64,000 nucleotides of DNA, from the NCBI GenBank assembly GCA_018066865.1, contig JAGPVT010000114.1, positions 945 through 64,944 of the forward strand, read 5' to 3'. The notes beneath the pieces were generated by a model that was given only the letters and a program-made list of their open reading frames with translations, made no database searches and was not told the DNA's origin. The DNA is from Marinobacter sp. (GTDB taxonomy: Bacteria > Pseudomonadota > Gammaproteobacteria > Pseudomonadales > Oleiphilaceae). A program made the translations under genes and the position numbers. Every line of letters starts with the position of its first letter. Positions within the stretch are counted from its first letter, which is position 1. Shown one piece after another: positions 22,096-31,357 of the stretch.

Positions 22096-22429
22096 AAAGA
22101 CACATACGCAGAGCGCCAGGCGCCAGACAGAAACAGCACCACTGGTACGGCAACGGCCACGCCAATGCTGGTGCCCGCGTTCATGACTGAGCTGACACGG
22201 CCGTATTGCGGGCACCAAGACGATCGGCGGAGAGCGGTGCCACCAACGTTGCCAGCAGGAAACTGATAAGCGGCAACGCGCCGATAATACCGATTACGTC
22301 TGGCGTCAGGCCCAGTTCGGCCCGGATAGGGGGTACAAAAAGACCAAAAGCGAAGCGCGCGAGCCCGTAGCTGATCGCGATCAGCGCTGCACCAAAGAGG
22401 GCAAACCCTGTATTTGAGAGAGACTTCAT
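22085..22429 (-). pseudogene. MFS transporter remnant with internal deletion/frameshift and 3' truncation
   Basis: GGAGG-ATG 22429; YGLARFAFGLFVPPIRAELGL...ADRLGAR, then a frame change near 22200 to VMNAGTSIGVAVAVP...AWRSAYVSFA. Confidence 0.8.
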
Positions 22430-22605
22430 GACGCCTCCAACCAGCCCTTTATTGAGGATTGCTGGAAACCGGGACAGATTCAACTACGCGATCTGAACTC
22501 TATTTGTACCAGATATCGCGTTAAAAAATAAATCCGTCCCGGTTATTGCTGTGGTATCGATGTCATTCAGGATCTGCTGGGCTCGCAGATTATAGATCAT
22601 CTCTA

Positions 22606-22628
22606 ATTATCAACACTACATAGATAAT
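22606..22628. promoter_or_regulatory. Palindrome ATTATC-N11-GATAAT, possible LysR-type operator upstream of doxX
   Basis: Perfect 6-bp inverted repeat in an AT-rich intergenic region. Confidence 0.4.
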
Positions 22629-22736
22629 AAAGCAATATTGTCCGACTTATTCTTTGATTTTAGTGATAGTAAAGTAGTTACATCACCTGAGGCCCGGCTT
22701 CAGGACAACCCACAGAGAATAATCGAGGTGATTATC

Positions 22737-23198
22737 ATGAACACTCAATTCGCAAAGGCATTGTTTCAATCCAACGGCGGTTTTGCCGCGCTGATACTCC
22801 GCGTGCCGGTCGGGCTTGTTCTGGCCGCCCATGGTGCACAGAAACTTTTTGGCTGGTTCGGCGGGTACGGATTGGAAGGAACTGGGCAATGGTTGGCGAG
22901 CATTGGTCTGGAACCAGGGTATCTCATGGCGTTGCTAGCCGGCGGCGCGGAGTTTTTCGGCGGTCTGGCACTGGCACTTGGCCTGTTGACCCGTCCGGCA
23001 GCGGTGGTAACCGCTTTCGCGATGTTGGTGGCCATTTTTGCAGTACATATTGGTAATGGTCTGTTCATGTCCAACAACGGCTACGAGTATGCGTTGACTC
23101 TGTTTGTTGTGACCCTGGCGCTGGCGATTCAGGGCGCAGGACGGTTTGCACTGGACAGCGTGTTGCTGGAACGCCTCGGCTCCGGAAGGAATGGCTGA
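22737..23198 (+). CDS. DoxX family membrane protein
   Basis: LRVPVG...HGAQKLFGWFGG, AEFFGG, GLLTR, NGYEY; GAGG RBS before ATG 22737. Confidence 0.92.
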   Translation: MNTQFAKALFQSNGGFAALILRVPVGLVLAAHGAQKLFGWFGGYGLEGTGQWLASIGLEPGYLMALLAGGAEFFGGLALALGLLTRPAAVVTAFAMLVAIFAVHIGNGLFMSNNGYEYALTLFVVTLALAIQGAGRFALDSVLLERLGSGRNG

Positions 23199-24035
23199 AT
23201 GAATAACCATACCGATGTTTTGTTTATCTCCCACGGCGGCGGCCCGCTGCCTTTATTGGGGGATCCGGACCATGCTGAAATGGTGGAAACCCTTACACAG
23301 ATCGCTGGCGACCTGCGCAAACCCTCGGCCATCCTGGTCATCAGTGCGCATTGGGAGGAGCGGGAGCCGACGATCACCGTGGGGGCTAGTCCCGAGTTGA
23401 TTTACGATTATTCCGGTTTTCCGCGAGAAACCTATGAGATCAAGTATCCATGCCCGGGCGAGCCTGCTCTTGCAAACCGGGTTCATAGTGTTCTGGAACA
23501 GGCCGGTATTGCCTCACGACTGGATGACCAGCGGGGCTTTGATCATGGCGTGTTCGTACCACTGAAGCTGATGTATCCGGAGGCGAATATTCCCTGTGTG
23601 CAGCTGTCCCTGGTGAATAGTCTGGATGCAGCGACGCATCTCGCTATCGGCCGTGCATTACAGGCATTGGACTATGAAAATCTGTTGGTCATCGGGTCGG
23701 GCTTCTCTTTTCATAACATGCGGGCATTCTTTGCTCCGAACACTCCGGAGATGCGTTCCCGGAACGAGGCCTTTGAAGACTGGCTGGAGGAAACCTGCAC
23801 CGACGTGGCGTTGCCCGAGGCGGAGCGAGCCTCGCGTCTGCTGAACTGGGAGCGTGCACCCTACGCCCGGTTCTGTCACCCGCGCGAGGAACACCTTTTG
23901 CCGCTGCATGTGTGCTACGGGCTGGCAAACAAGGCCAGCAAAATGAACGTTTCAGCGACGATTCTCGGGAAAAAAGCGGGAATGTTTTATTGGGAAATCG
24001 AAGAGAATGGCGCCCAAACCATTGGGGCAGTCTGA
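23199..24035 (+). CDS. DODA-type / class III extradiol ring-cleavage dioxygenase (LigB family)
   Basis: SHGGGP, SAHW, YDY.GFP, RGFDHG, GSGFSFHN, HPREEHLLPL. Confidence 0.92.
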   Translation: MNNHTDVLFISHGGGPLPLLGDPDHAEMVETLTQIAGDLRKPSAILVISAHWEEREPTITVGASPELIYDYSGFPRETYEIKYPCPGEPALANRVHSVLEQAGIASRLDDQRGFDHGVFVPLKLMYPEANIPCVQLSLVNSLDAATHLAIGRALQALDYENLLVIGSGFSFHNMRAFFAPNTPEMRSRNEAFEDWLEETCTDVALPEAERASRLLNWERAPYARFCHPREEHLLPLHVCYGLANKASKMNVSATILGKKAGMFYWEIEENGAQTIGAV

Positions 24036-24213
24036 CCAGGGACATGCTCTGAGAGCTCTCTGAATGGGGTTGTCAATGTCCGCTTGCCGGATACTGACGA
24101 CCCGCACCGATTACCATAGAAAATCGTGAGTTCGGGCAAGTCGTGGCTTAGTCTGCGGCCCTGACGTCGTCGGTTTCCCTCACTTCGAATTTAGCGGGGG
24201 TTATGGAGTGCGT

Positions 24214-24302
24214 AGGCATAAAAAAGCCCCGTTTCCGGGGCTTTGGGGCGTTTCAGTGGATCTCGATGGACCTCCTGAAACTCTTGGTTGGTGGAGACGG
24301 CG
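24214..24302 (-). repeat. Distal att site: displaced tmRNA 3' end plus downstream terminator
   Basis: 24274-24302 is identical to 58082-58110 (29 bp); imperfect similarity extends to 24214/58021 and includes the hairpin aaagccccg-tttc-cggggcttt. Confidence 0.95.
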
Positions 24303-24363
24303 TCCACTGTTTTAACTCTTTAACCCATTGATAAATAATACTTTAACTTTATAGAAAATTTGA

Positions 24364-24385
24364 GTTACCCGCATAGTTACCCACA
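24364..24385 (+). promoter_or_regulatory. Putative integrase arm-type sites (GTTACCCGCA, GTTACCCACA)
   Basis: Two copies 12 bp apart, ~60 bp inside the att; the same motif occurs at the other island end. Confidence 0.75.
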
Positions 24386-24510
24386 ATTCCGCCGTGTCTC
24401 ACAAGCTTTTGAGCCGGATGGCGCCCTGCTTCTGCAATGCTTTGCCTACCCTCAATAATTCTGCATCTTTGTTGATCATTATTTTAGCGACTGAAGAAGT
24501 GTGGCACGAA

Positions 24511-27500
24511 TTAGGGTCGCTCGATACGCTGTTCCAATTCGTAAGCCTCTGGCACCCCGAATTCCACCAGGCGACCGAGCATTGTGTCGATGCGATCTCG
24601 CAGTGGGTGCTCTCCGTTGAGCAGTAGGGGATCTAAGGTGCTTGCATGTTCAAACCACTCGATTATTTTTCGACCGATCCCCAGCTCCTCCCACAGCGTT
24701 GGATCGCCCGCTGAGTACTCGAACCAAGCTTCAGTAGCAGAAAGAAGGAAGTCAATATGGCGGCCAGAGGGGGCCACCAAGAGCATATTCATTGTACATA
24801 AAGCTATGAAGGAGGTTGGTCCTCCGGACAGTATTGGGCGCAGTGGTTCCAGCAATGGATCAACACGGTCGAATACCGCTGGGACCAAGTAGCTTTTTGT
24901 CCCAGTGAAAGGGTTGTGCGTGTTCATGAACAGCTTCGCAACGATGCCACCCATGTCGTAGTCCACCGAGAGGTCACTAGGGGGCCGCCGGTGACGCCAT
25001 CCGCGCAGCGTCATTGTCCGTTGGACCATCTGCGCACGTAGTTCAACGGCTCGATCCGAAGGTTGTTGTGAGTCGTTGAAGTAAACTACGTCAGCCGTAT
25101 GAAGAAGTATCTCTGTTACCGCCCCAAATGACTCATCTGGAAGGCTCGTTATAAATGACAGTTCATGTTCGAACCTTTGTGGCGGCATGTCCATGAGGGC
25201 CCTCGTAAGCAAAGAGTAAAATTGCTCGTTCCAATTGCTTTGGCCATCATCGATTTGGGCGTCCATGGGAAGGCCATACCCGTTCATTCTCGCTGTCCAG
25301 AGAGCGTAGGCGTCAACAATTTCCCCTCCCCAATCGAGCGTAGATTCGGAGTGTTCCGAAATCACTCGAAGCCATCGAGCTGCTCCTTGAACATCGGTAT
25401 GAACGGATGGGTCCTCACCAGCTGGGGCTGAGTCAGACTCGATTAGGCTGTTTTCTTCTTTGGTCGCATCTGCGCCTGGGAGTTTTAAGTGAATGCCAGT
25501 TTTAGCCGGCGGCCGCTCACAGGGAAATGTGGGCCACTCCGGCTCAGTGCCGCCATCCAACCAAGCGATCTCAGCTGCAATCGCGCGAGCATCTGCGTCA
25601 GCCTTTTCATGCTGGAAACGCTCTTGTTCGCCAGCATCTTCACCCCAAGTGCTCTTTCGCCACCGAGAGCTGCCGAATGCTGCGCGCATGACGGCCTTCA
25701 GCAGGCGGGGATCTGTTGTCAGTATTTTTTCTAAAGCCCTAGCAAATGCAATAGATACTGTTTTATCAGTGCGAGTTGCAATCCTTACGAGCTCATCACG
25801 ATCTACCGGTTGCTTCTTGCGAGCCCATAGGTAAATGAGGGCGCACGTGGCAAGCGCGGGCAGATTAAACTCCAGTAGGTCTCCCGATCCAGAGTGGCGT
25901 CGTTTGTCACGGGTCAACTCAGAATTAACTACTGAACGTATCCACGTTTCATGCGAATCAAGCAGGTCATCGTCGCCATCGCGAGCTACCAGCATTGCTG
26001 TAGAAACCAAGCGCGTCGATCGTGTGTTTAGCACATCGGGATCTGAGCCGTCGGGTAATGCGCCATCAGCATATTCCACGAACTCTAGGGCAAGCTCGGG
26101 CGAGCCCTTGGCGGGGTCATTAATTGCCAGCTGAATCTTTGCTTCTACTTCGCTAGCTTCAACCTGGGCGCTTGAAAGTTTTTTAAGGCGCTCAAGGTGC
26201 TTGCGTTCGGTAGGCGGCGATTGATATGCCATCCCGTGTTCGACGTTCACCCAGTTTTTTTGGTCAAGCAGGTTCAGGGCATGGTTGCCCATAAAGGCCG
26301 GGTCGTCGAACGTTGCATTTTCGTCGTAGACTTCCAAACTTTCGACGGCAGCCTTTAGTTGCGTCCGCAATCTATTGACGACCGGTTCATTGTCTAAAAA
26401 TCCAGTTAGAGCGTGTTCCAATGAAATTCGGCGAGAAGGACGAGCAGCGAGATCAGCTAGCTGTACTTTCCCCGCAGGCTCCTGTCCAAACAAATCTTGA
26501 AAGCGGTCTATTTGATCATGAATCGCACGGCCGTGGTCGATAGCTAGCAGTTCCGGGCAAGTGAGGAAGGGAACGAGTGCATCTCTGCTGGCGGGCCAGT
26601 GTGAGAGAAGCAGGTCTACTGCTACAAGAACAAATGCAGCGCAGTTTCCCTTTGGGCCAAGAATGTCGGGAATGACCGTTTCGACGGAATCCCCCGCATC
26701 AAGGCGGGAATGACCCCATGCTTCGAGGGCTTTCAGTGCAGATGCGACTGAATATTCCGTGGCTTGGTCCCGTGACCACAAATAGGTTTCCTTCCATGGA
26801 AAGAACCGTGTTCCGTCGTGAAGCTCTAGAGTAAAACCATTAGAAGGTTTGTCTGTTCCTCTTGTACGGAAACCGACGGCTTCGTCAGTGAGTTGCCAGA
26901 TTAGTGCAAGACCTGTTTGGGGCGCATTCTCAAGGATGTCTAGAAAAGGTGTCTGAGAAGGTGATGCTGGAAGGTAGTCGGAATCTAGAAAGCTAAATGC
27001 TTGGCGATCCAAGGGTTCATATTTGGAGCGGCGCTTACGTTTCTCAATGAGGCTGTTTGAGATCAGAGCAGCAAATTCAGCCGGGGCCGCTTGCGCAAGT
27101 ACCCTGCTGAAGAGGCGGATTGCCTTTACTTTGTATTGGCCGCGCTCCGCTGTCACGGATCGGAGATAAGCTTTGGCATCGTCGGGCGTTTGATTCGCGA
27201 ATAAAAGTGACGATGTTCGGAGGTCTTCGATGAGTCGTGTGCGAGCCCTTTGGTCAAATCCTGCGGCCTGCTTATCATGCAGAATCTTACAGTCGACGAT
27301 GTCCGTATCTAACTGGAGCAGCCAGTTAAACAACATCCTTGCGGTAGACTGAGCAAGTTCTGGCATCGCCATGAGCGTAAGGTATTGAACTTCAATAAGT
27401 TTGAGAGCTGCGCCGATAGCCTGCAATGGAATCTCACTGGCGTGGGATATGGACCAGAGCAGTAAATCGAGTGCAGATCTGGTGGAGCTGCTACGCATCG

Positions 27501-29613
27501 ATGCCGGCACGGTTGGGAGCGAGGAGACCTCTTTCACGTCTCTCAAAAGATTTGCAGTTGCAACCGTCTCTACTGAGATAACTGATGTGGCCGCATCTCT
27601 GAATAGAGCACCTCCGCGGGCAAGCAGTGCTGTGCTGCATTGTTCTAGAAGTTCAGGCCCTCGCTCCGATCGAACTATGGCCATGAGGGCTTGTCGTCGC
27701 CACGAACTATGAGATCGGGATGCCGCTAGCGTATTAAGTAGCTCCAGCCATGGAGTTTCGCTATTGTTAAGTTCGAGCCGCAACCGGCCTGCGAGTTCTA
27801 TGCCGCGTGCAAGTCTTGGCGAAACGGGAGCGGAGAGGTCCACTTCTTTTAAAAACGTGGGGTCTTCGTTTATCCGGTTGCCGATGGCCCAGTCGCGAAG
27901 GACGTCGTGATAGAAGGCTAGATTATCGCGCTTAGTTTCGCGTAGGGTCAGCGAGCTCAACAGGTGCGTTCGCGCACCACTATCGCTTCTGAGTTCGAGG
28001 GTATTTTCGCCCTTCAGCGCAGTCTCTGCGAGGTCAGAGAGGAGCCGCTGTGCTGACCGGATGTCTTCCCGGCGTGCGCCATCAGCTGTTTGCCACCAAT
28101 GGGCGGCGAGAGAAGCCTCTGTCCGAATGGACGCTGGATTTTTGACCTTGAGTAGCCGTGAAAGTCGATAGGGATTCCGAGCAATCCGAGCCGCCGGGTG
28201 AGTTGGGGCGAGCAGCTCATGAAGCTCTGGTACGTTTTTACGTAGCATTTCTGCTTCATCGTCACTGAGCTCTTCTACCATTACCGTTTGGGGGGCACCC
28301 AGTGCTGCGATCGCATCTTCCGCTAACCAAGGATCGCTGTCTTGATCAAATTCCGGTCGAGAGGTTGTGATTACTGAGAAACCGGGAATGTCGCTTACCG
28401 CGCGCAGTAAATCATTCACCGTCCTTTGAATGCCGGGTGAGGTGAACATCTCGAGGCTATCGATAAACAAAATGCCGCCGCCACTGGCTGCGAGGTCATT
28501 CAAGAAAGCCCTTGCGGTTCCTGTTACACCTATCGATTGAGCTAGCGCCGGCCAGCCCCCCTCGGGCGTACCCGTGGGATCGAGCAGAATAACGTGCGAC
28601 TCTCTCAAAGTCCGTTCAGCTAAGTGGCGTAAAACCCAGGATTTACCTGTGCCAGGTTCGCCCTGGATAGCCACGAGCCGATGCTTATCCAGCGCCTCTT
28701 CGGCCGAGGTAATTATATCGAGCCGTGGTAACTGCATACCTGACAGGCTATTGCCGATATTGGCAATAGCGAGACATGTCATCTCTGCCAGTCGCTCCCG
28801 AGCTAATGCAAAATCCTGGTAGCCTGTTAAATGGAAGCCTCGCTCTGCCAATTCTTTGGACAGGGTCTGACGGTCGACGGTCCCCCCGACCTTGGCGGTG
28901 GCCAATGAAATGTCAACGAGATTGCCCCACAATGATTCAGCGCGAGTTAAATCCTGGTTCGATAAAACTTGTCTAGCCAGCGTCAAGGCATGTGTTCTCG
29001 CTAGCGAGGATGTTGCTTCGAAATCGAATTCCAGAATTAGAAATCGGCGAAGGTAGCGCCATATTGCATCGTCGTCATTTGCCACTCCGGCCGCGACAAG
29101 GTTATTTCGAAAAGTCGACGTGAATTCGCGCATGGACTTACTTGCCACGCCATGCGCTGCCAAACGGCCAAAGAATTCGGTGCTCGTTTGAGCGGCTTTG
29201 GCCCATTGGAGTACTTCTTGGTATGGCCCCGAGATAGAGCGGCTGGTGCGTTGCGTTGCAACGGCTAAAAAGTGATATTCCTCGACTACATTCGCTCCGT
29301 CGCTTCGTGCAATTTGTTCGCACACCTCTTTGAAAACAGCGTCCTTTGGAGCGAAGCTAACCGTACGTTTTGACTGGATTTCGAGAAGGCAAGCGTATTC
29401 TGCCATGTTTCCGTGAAGGATTAGATCATCGAGCGCATAACCTGAGTCAGTGCCTTGGAATGTAACGCCTGAGAGTTGTGATCTTGGTAATCCTCTTGGC
29501 GATGCACCAGCAAGTAGGTTAAGGAGATAAAATGCGCCGAGTTCACCCTCGATATATACACCGGCACCGCCGCGCGAGGCCGGGCTCGACCCTCGCTCTT
29601 CCTTCACTGACAT
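24511..29613 (-). CDS. Large nuclease-STAND NTPase protein (AVAST/Avs-like)
   Basis: 1700 aa; N-terminal GGAG..E...DDL...EIQSK PD-(D/E)xK-like motif, Walker A GEPGTGKS, Walker B ILFIDSLE, TTSR, FYHDVLRDW, long helical C-terminus. Confidence 0.75.
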   Translation of the reverse strand: MSVKEERGSSPASRGGAGVYIEGELGAFYLLNLLAGASPRGLPRSQLSGVTFQGTDSGYALDDLILHGNMAEYACLLEIQSKRTVSFAPKDAVFKEVCEQIARSDGANVVEEYHFLAVATQRTSRSISGPYQEVLQWAKAAQTSTEFFGRLAAHGVASKSMREFTSTFRNNLVAAGVANDDDAIWRYLRRFLILEFDFEATSSLARTHALTLARQVLSNQDLTRAESLWGNLVDISLATAKVGGTVDRQTLSKELAERGFHLTGYQDFALARERLAEMTCLAIANIGNSLSGMQLPRLDIITSAEEALDKHRLVAIQGEPGTGKSWVLRHLAERTLRESHVILLDPTGTPEGGWPALAQSIGVTGTARAFLNDLAASGGGILFIDSLEMFTSPGIQRTVNDLLRAVSDIPGFSVITTSRPEFDQDSDPWLAEDAIAALGAPQTVMVEELSDDEAEMLRKNVPELHELLAPTHPAARIARNPYRLSRLLKVKNPASIRTEASLAAHWWQTADGARREDIRSAQRLLSDLAETALKGENTLELRSDSGARTHLLSSLTLRETKRDNLAFYHDVLRDWAIGNRINEDPTFLKEVDLSAPVSPRLARGIELAGRLRLELNNSETPWLELLNTLAASRSHSSWRRQALMAIVRSERGPELLEQCSTALLARGGALFRDAATSVISVETVATANLLRDVKEVSSLPTVPASMRSSSTRSALDLLLWSISHASEIPLQAIGAALKLIEVQYLTLMAMPELAQSTARMLFNWLLQLDTDIVDCKILHDKQAAGFDQRARTRLIEDLRTSSLLFANQTPDDAKAYLRSVTAERGQYKVKAIRLFSRVLAQAAPAEFAALISNSLIEKRKRRSKYEPLDRQAFSFLDSDYLPASPSQTPFLDILENAPQTGLALIWQLTDEAVGFRTRGTDKPSNGFTLELHDGTRFFPWKETYLWSRDQATEYSVASALKALEAWGHSRLDAGDSVETVIPDILGPKGNCAAFVLVAVDLLLSHWPASRDALVPFLTCPELLAIDHGRAIHDQIDRFQDLFGQEPAGKVQLADLAARPSRRISLEHALTGFLDNEPVVNRLRTQLKAAVESLEVYDENATFDDPAFMGNHALNLLDQKNWVNVEHGMAYQSPPTERKHLERLKKLSSAQVEASEVEAKIQLAINDPAKGSPELALEFVEYADGALPDGSDPDVLNTRSTRLVSTAMLVARDGDDDLLDSHETWIRSVVNSELTRDKRRHSGSGDLLEFNLPALATCALIYLWARKKQPVDRDELVRIATRTDKTVSIAFARALEKILTTDPRLLKAVMRAAFGSSRWRKSTWGEDAGEQERFQHEKADADARAIAAEIAWLDGGTEPEWPTFPCERPPAKTGIHLKLPGADATKEENSLIESDSAPAGEDPSVHTDVQGAARWLRVISEHSESTLDWGGEIVDAYALWTARMNGYGLPMDAQIDDGQSNWNEQFYSLLTRALMDMPPQRFEHELSFITSLPDESFGAVTEILLHTADVVYFNDSQQPSDRAVELRAQMVQRTMTLRGWRHRRPPSDLSVDYDMGGIVAKLFMNTHNPFTGTKSYLVPAVFDRVDPLLEPLRPILSGGPTSFIALCTMNMLLVAPSGRHIDFLLSATEAWFEYSAGDPTLWEELGIGRKIIEWFEHASTLDPLLLNGEHPLRDRIDTMLGRLVEFGVPEAYELEQRIERP

Positions 29614-29926
29614 TTCCTTAACCTCCCTTCCTAAAAAGAGCTGTGCATCAGCTCGCCATAGAGGCAGTTTTCAGCCGACAAATTGGCCACGCTAGTGCTC
29701 TCTCAACCTAGGTCTCATGCTTCGTCGGGTGGAGTATAGCGTGGATGTCGTGCTTAGGTGTTTGTCTGTATTCCAAGTCGTTGAAGAACAGAAATATCGC
29801 TTAGCTTTGGACCGGAGTGCAGGCATCAAGCCAAGGATTGATCCCAATAATTCTCAAACCTATATCACCCCTGTGAACTAGGGCACTGACAGTGCCTTCC
29901 CTCCCAATTCACAGAGGTAATTTCCA

Positions 29927-30277
29927 ATGTCTGAACAATGCCCCAACTGCCTGTCCCGGCGGATTGGCAAGAACAACTATGGCAAGAAAACCGCTGGTGT
30001 GGTCGGTGCGTCTGCCGGTACATACGGTGGCTACGCGGCTGCAACTGCCGGTGCTCAAGCAGGCGCTGCCTTGGGAATCGTTGCCGGTCCCGTAGGTGCA
30101 ACCGTGGGTGGTATCGGCGGGGCCGTCATCGGCGCGCTACTGGGTGGCGCTTCTGGCGCTTCCGCTGGCGTGATTCTGGGTGATGTCCTGGATGATCGTG
30201 TGCTAGACAACTACCGCTGCCTCGATTGCGGTTATTCCTTCAGTGTTGATCCTGACTCGCCAGACGACACCCACTAA
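29927..30277 (+). CDS. Small glycine-zipper protein with a split Zn ribbon
   Basis: CPNC ... Gly/Ala-rich hydrophobic stretch ... CLDC; AGAGG RBS. Confidence 0.75.
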   Translation: MSEQCPNCLSRRIGKNNYGKKTAGVVGASAGTYGGYAAATAGAQAGAALGIVAGPVGATVGGIGGAVIGALLGGASGASAGVILGDVLDDRVLDNYRCLDCGYSFSVDPDSPDDTH

Positions 30278-30308
30278 TTCCCCTCGCGAATTTCAAAGGA
30301 GAACAACC

Positions 30309-31271
30309 ATGGCTCATCTCATCGAGCAAATGGCCTACGTTGGCCAAACCCCATGGCATGGCCTGGGGAATGAACTGACTTCCAATCAGCCTCTGGAAGT
30401 CTGGGCAAAGCAAGCCGGTCTGGACTGGCAGATCCAGGAAAGCCCGGTCCGTTATGTCACGAACTCTGGTAGCCCCCTGGGCGAGATATTGTCCTATCCG
30501 GATTCGAAGGTGCTTTACCGCTCGGATACACGGGCACCGCTGTCGGTGGTCGGTAACCGCTTCAAAGTGGTCCAGCCTGAAGAGATCCTGGAGTTCTATC
30601 GGGATCTGACCGAGGTGTCCGGTTTTGAGCTGGAAACCGCTGGTGTGCTGAAAGGTGGCCGGAAGATGTGGGCGTTGGCTCGTACTGGCCAGTCCGGAAT
30701 GCTCAAAGGCAATGATCAAACCAATGCCTACGTGCTACTGGCCACCGCCTGTGACGGCACCATGGCAACGACTGCTCAGTTCACCAGTATCCGCGTGGTG
30801 TGCAACAACACGCTGGCTGTTGCTCTGAAGGGGTCCACCGCCAACGCCGTCAAGGTGAAGCACAACACGGCTTTCGATGCGGACCTGGTGAAGAAACAAC
30901 TGGGCATCTCCGTCTCCGCCTGGGACGACTTCATGTACCGACTGAAGACCCTGAGTGAGCGGAAAGTGAAAACCATTGAGGCCAGGAACTACTTCCTTAA
31001 GGTGTTCACGGACGATTCTGGTGCTGGGGTTGGTAAAACCAATGAGCGATCCATGGCCAAAGCGCTGTCGCTGTATGAAGGCGAAGGCATGGGGGCTACG
31101 TTGGCTTCATCGGACGGCACCGCCTACGGGTTGCTGAATGCAGTAACGGAGTTCATCGATCACCAACGACGAGCCAAAACCGTGGACCACCGACTGGATT
31201 CCGCCTGGTTCGGAACCGGTGCCGCAGTAAAGAACTGTGCGTTAGAGCAGGCCATGTCACTGGTGGCCTGA
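30309..31271 (+). CDS. DUF932 family (phage/plasmid-like) protein
   Basis: MAYVGQTPWHGLG, ETAGVLKGGRKMWALA, ACDGT, IRVVCNNTL, LLNAVTEF, SAWFG; AAGGAG RBS. Confidence 0.88.
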   Translation: MAHLIEQMAYVGQTPWHGLGNELTSNQPLEVWAKQAGLDWQIQESPVRYVTNSGSPLGEILSYPDSKVLYRSDTRAPLSVVGNRFKVVQPEEILEFYRDLTEVSGFELETAGVLKGGRKMWALARTGQSGMLKGNDQTNAYVLLATACDGTMATTAQFTSIRVVCNNTLAVALKGSTANAVKVKHNTAFDADLVKKQLGISVSAWDDFMYRLKTLSERKVKTIEARNYFLKVFTDDSGAGVGKTNERSMAKALSLYEGEGMGATLASSDGTAYGLLNAVTEFIDHQRRAKTVDHRLDSAWFGTGAAVKNCALEQAMSLVA

Positions 31272-31300
31272 GCGAATCCCAACAATCTCAAAACCGCCAT

Positions 31301-31338
31301 AAAGCCCGCCGGAGCCTGATGCTCTGGCGGGCTTTTTT
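31301..31338 (+). terminator. Rho-independent terminator-like hairpin between DUF932 and yqaJ-like gene
   Basis: aaagcccgccggagc-ctgat-gctctggcgggc followed by tttttt. Confidence 0.7.
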
Positions 31339-31357
31339 ATGTCTGGAGGAAAACACC

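Noticed and set aside
21058-22266. ORFs of 284 aa (-) and 194 aa (+) as intact genes
   Set aside because: Each is part real fragment and part antisense of a neighbouring fragment
24289-24302. tRNA-like CCA end
   Set aside because: Only 14 bp of the tmRNA acceptor end; it is the att duplicate, not a gene
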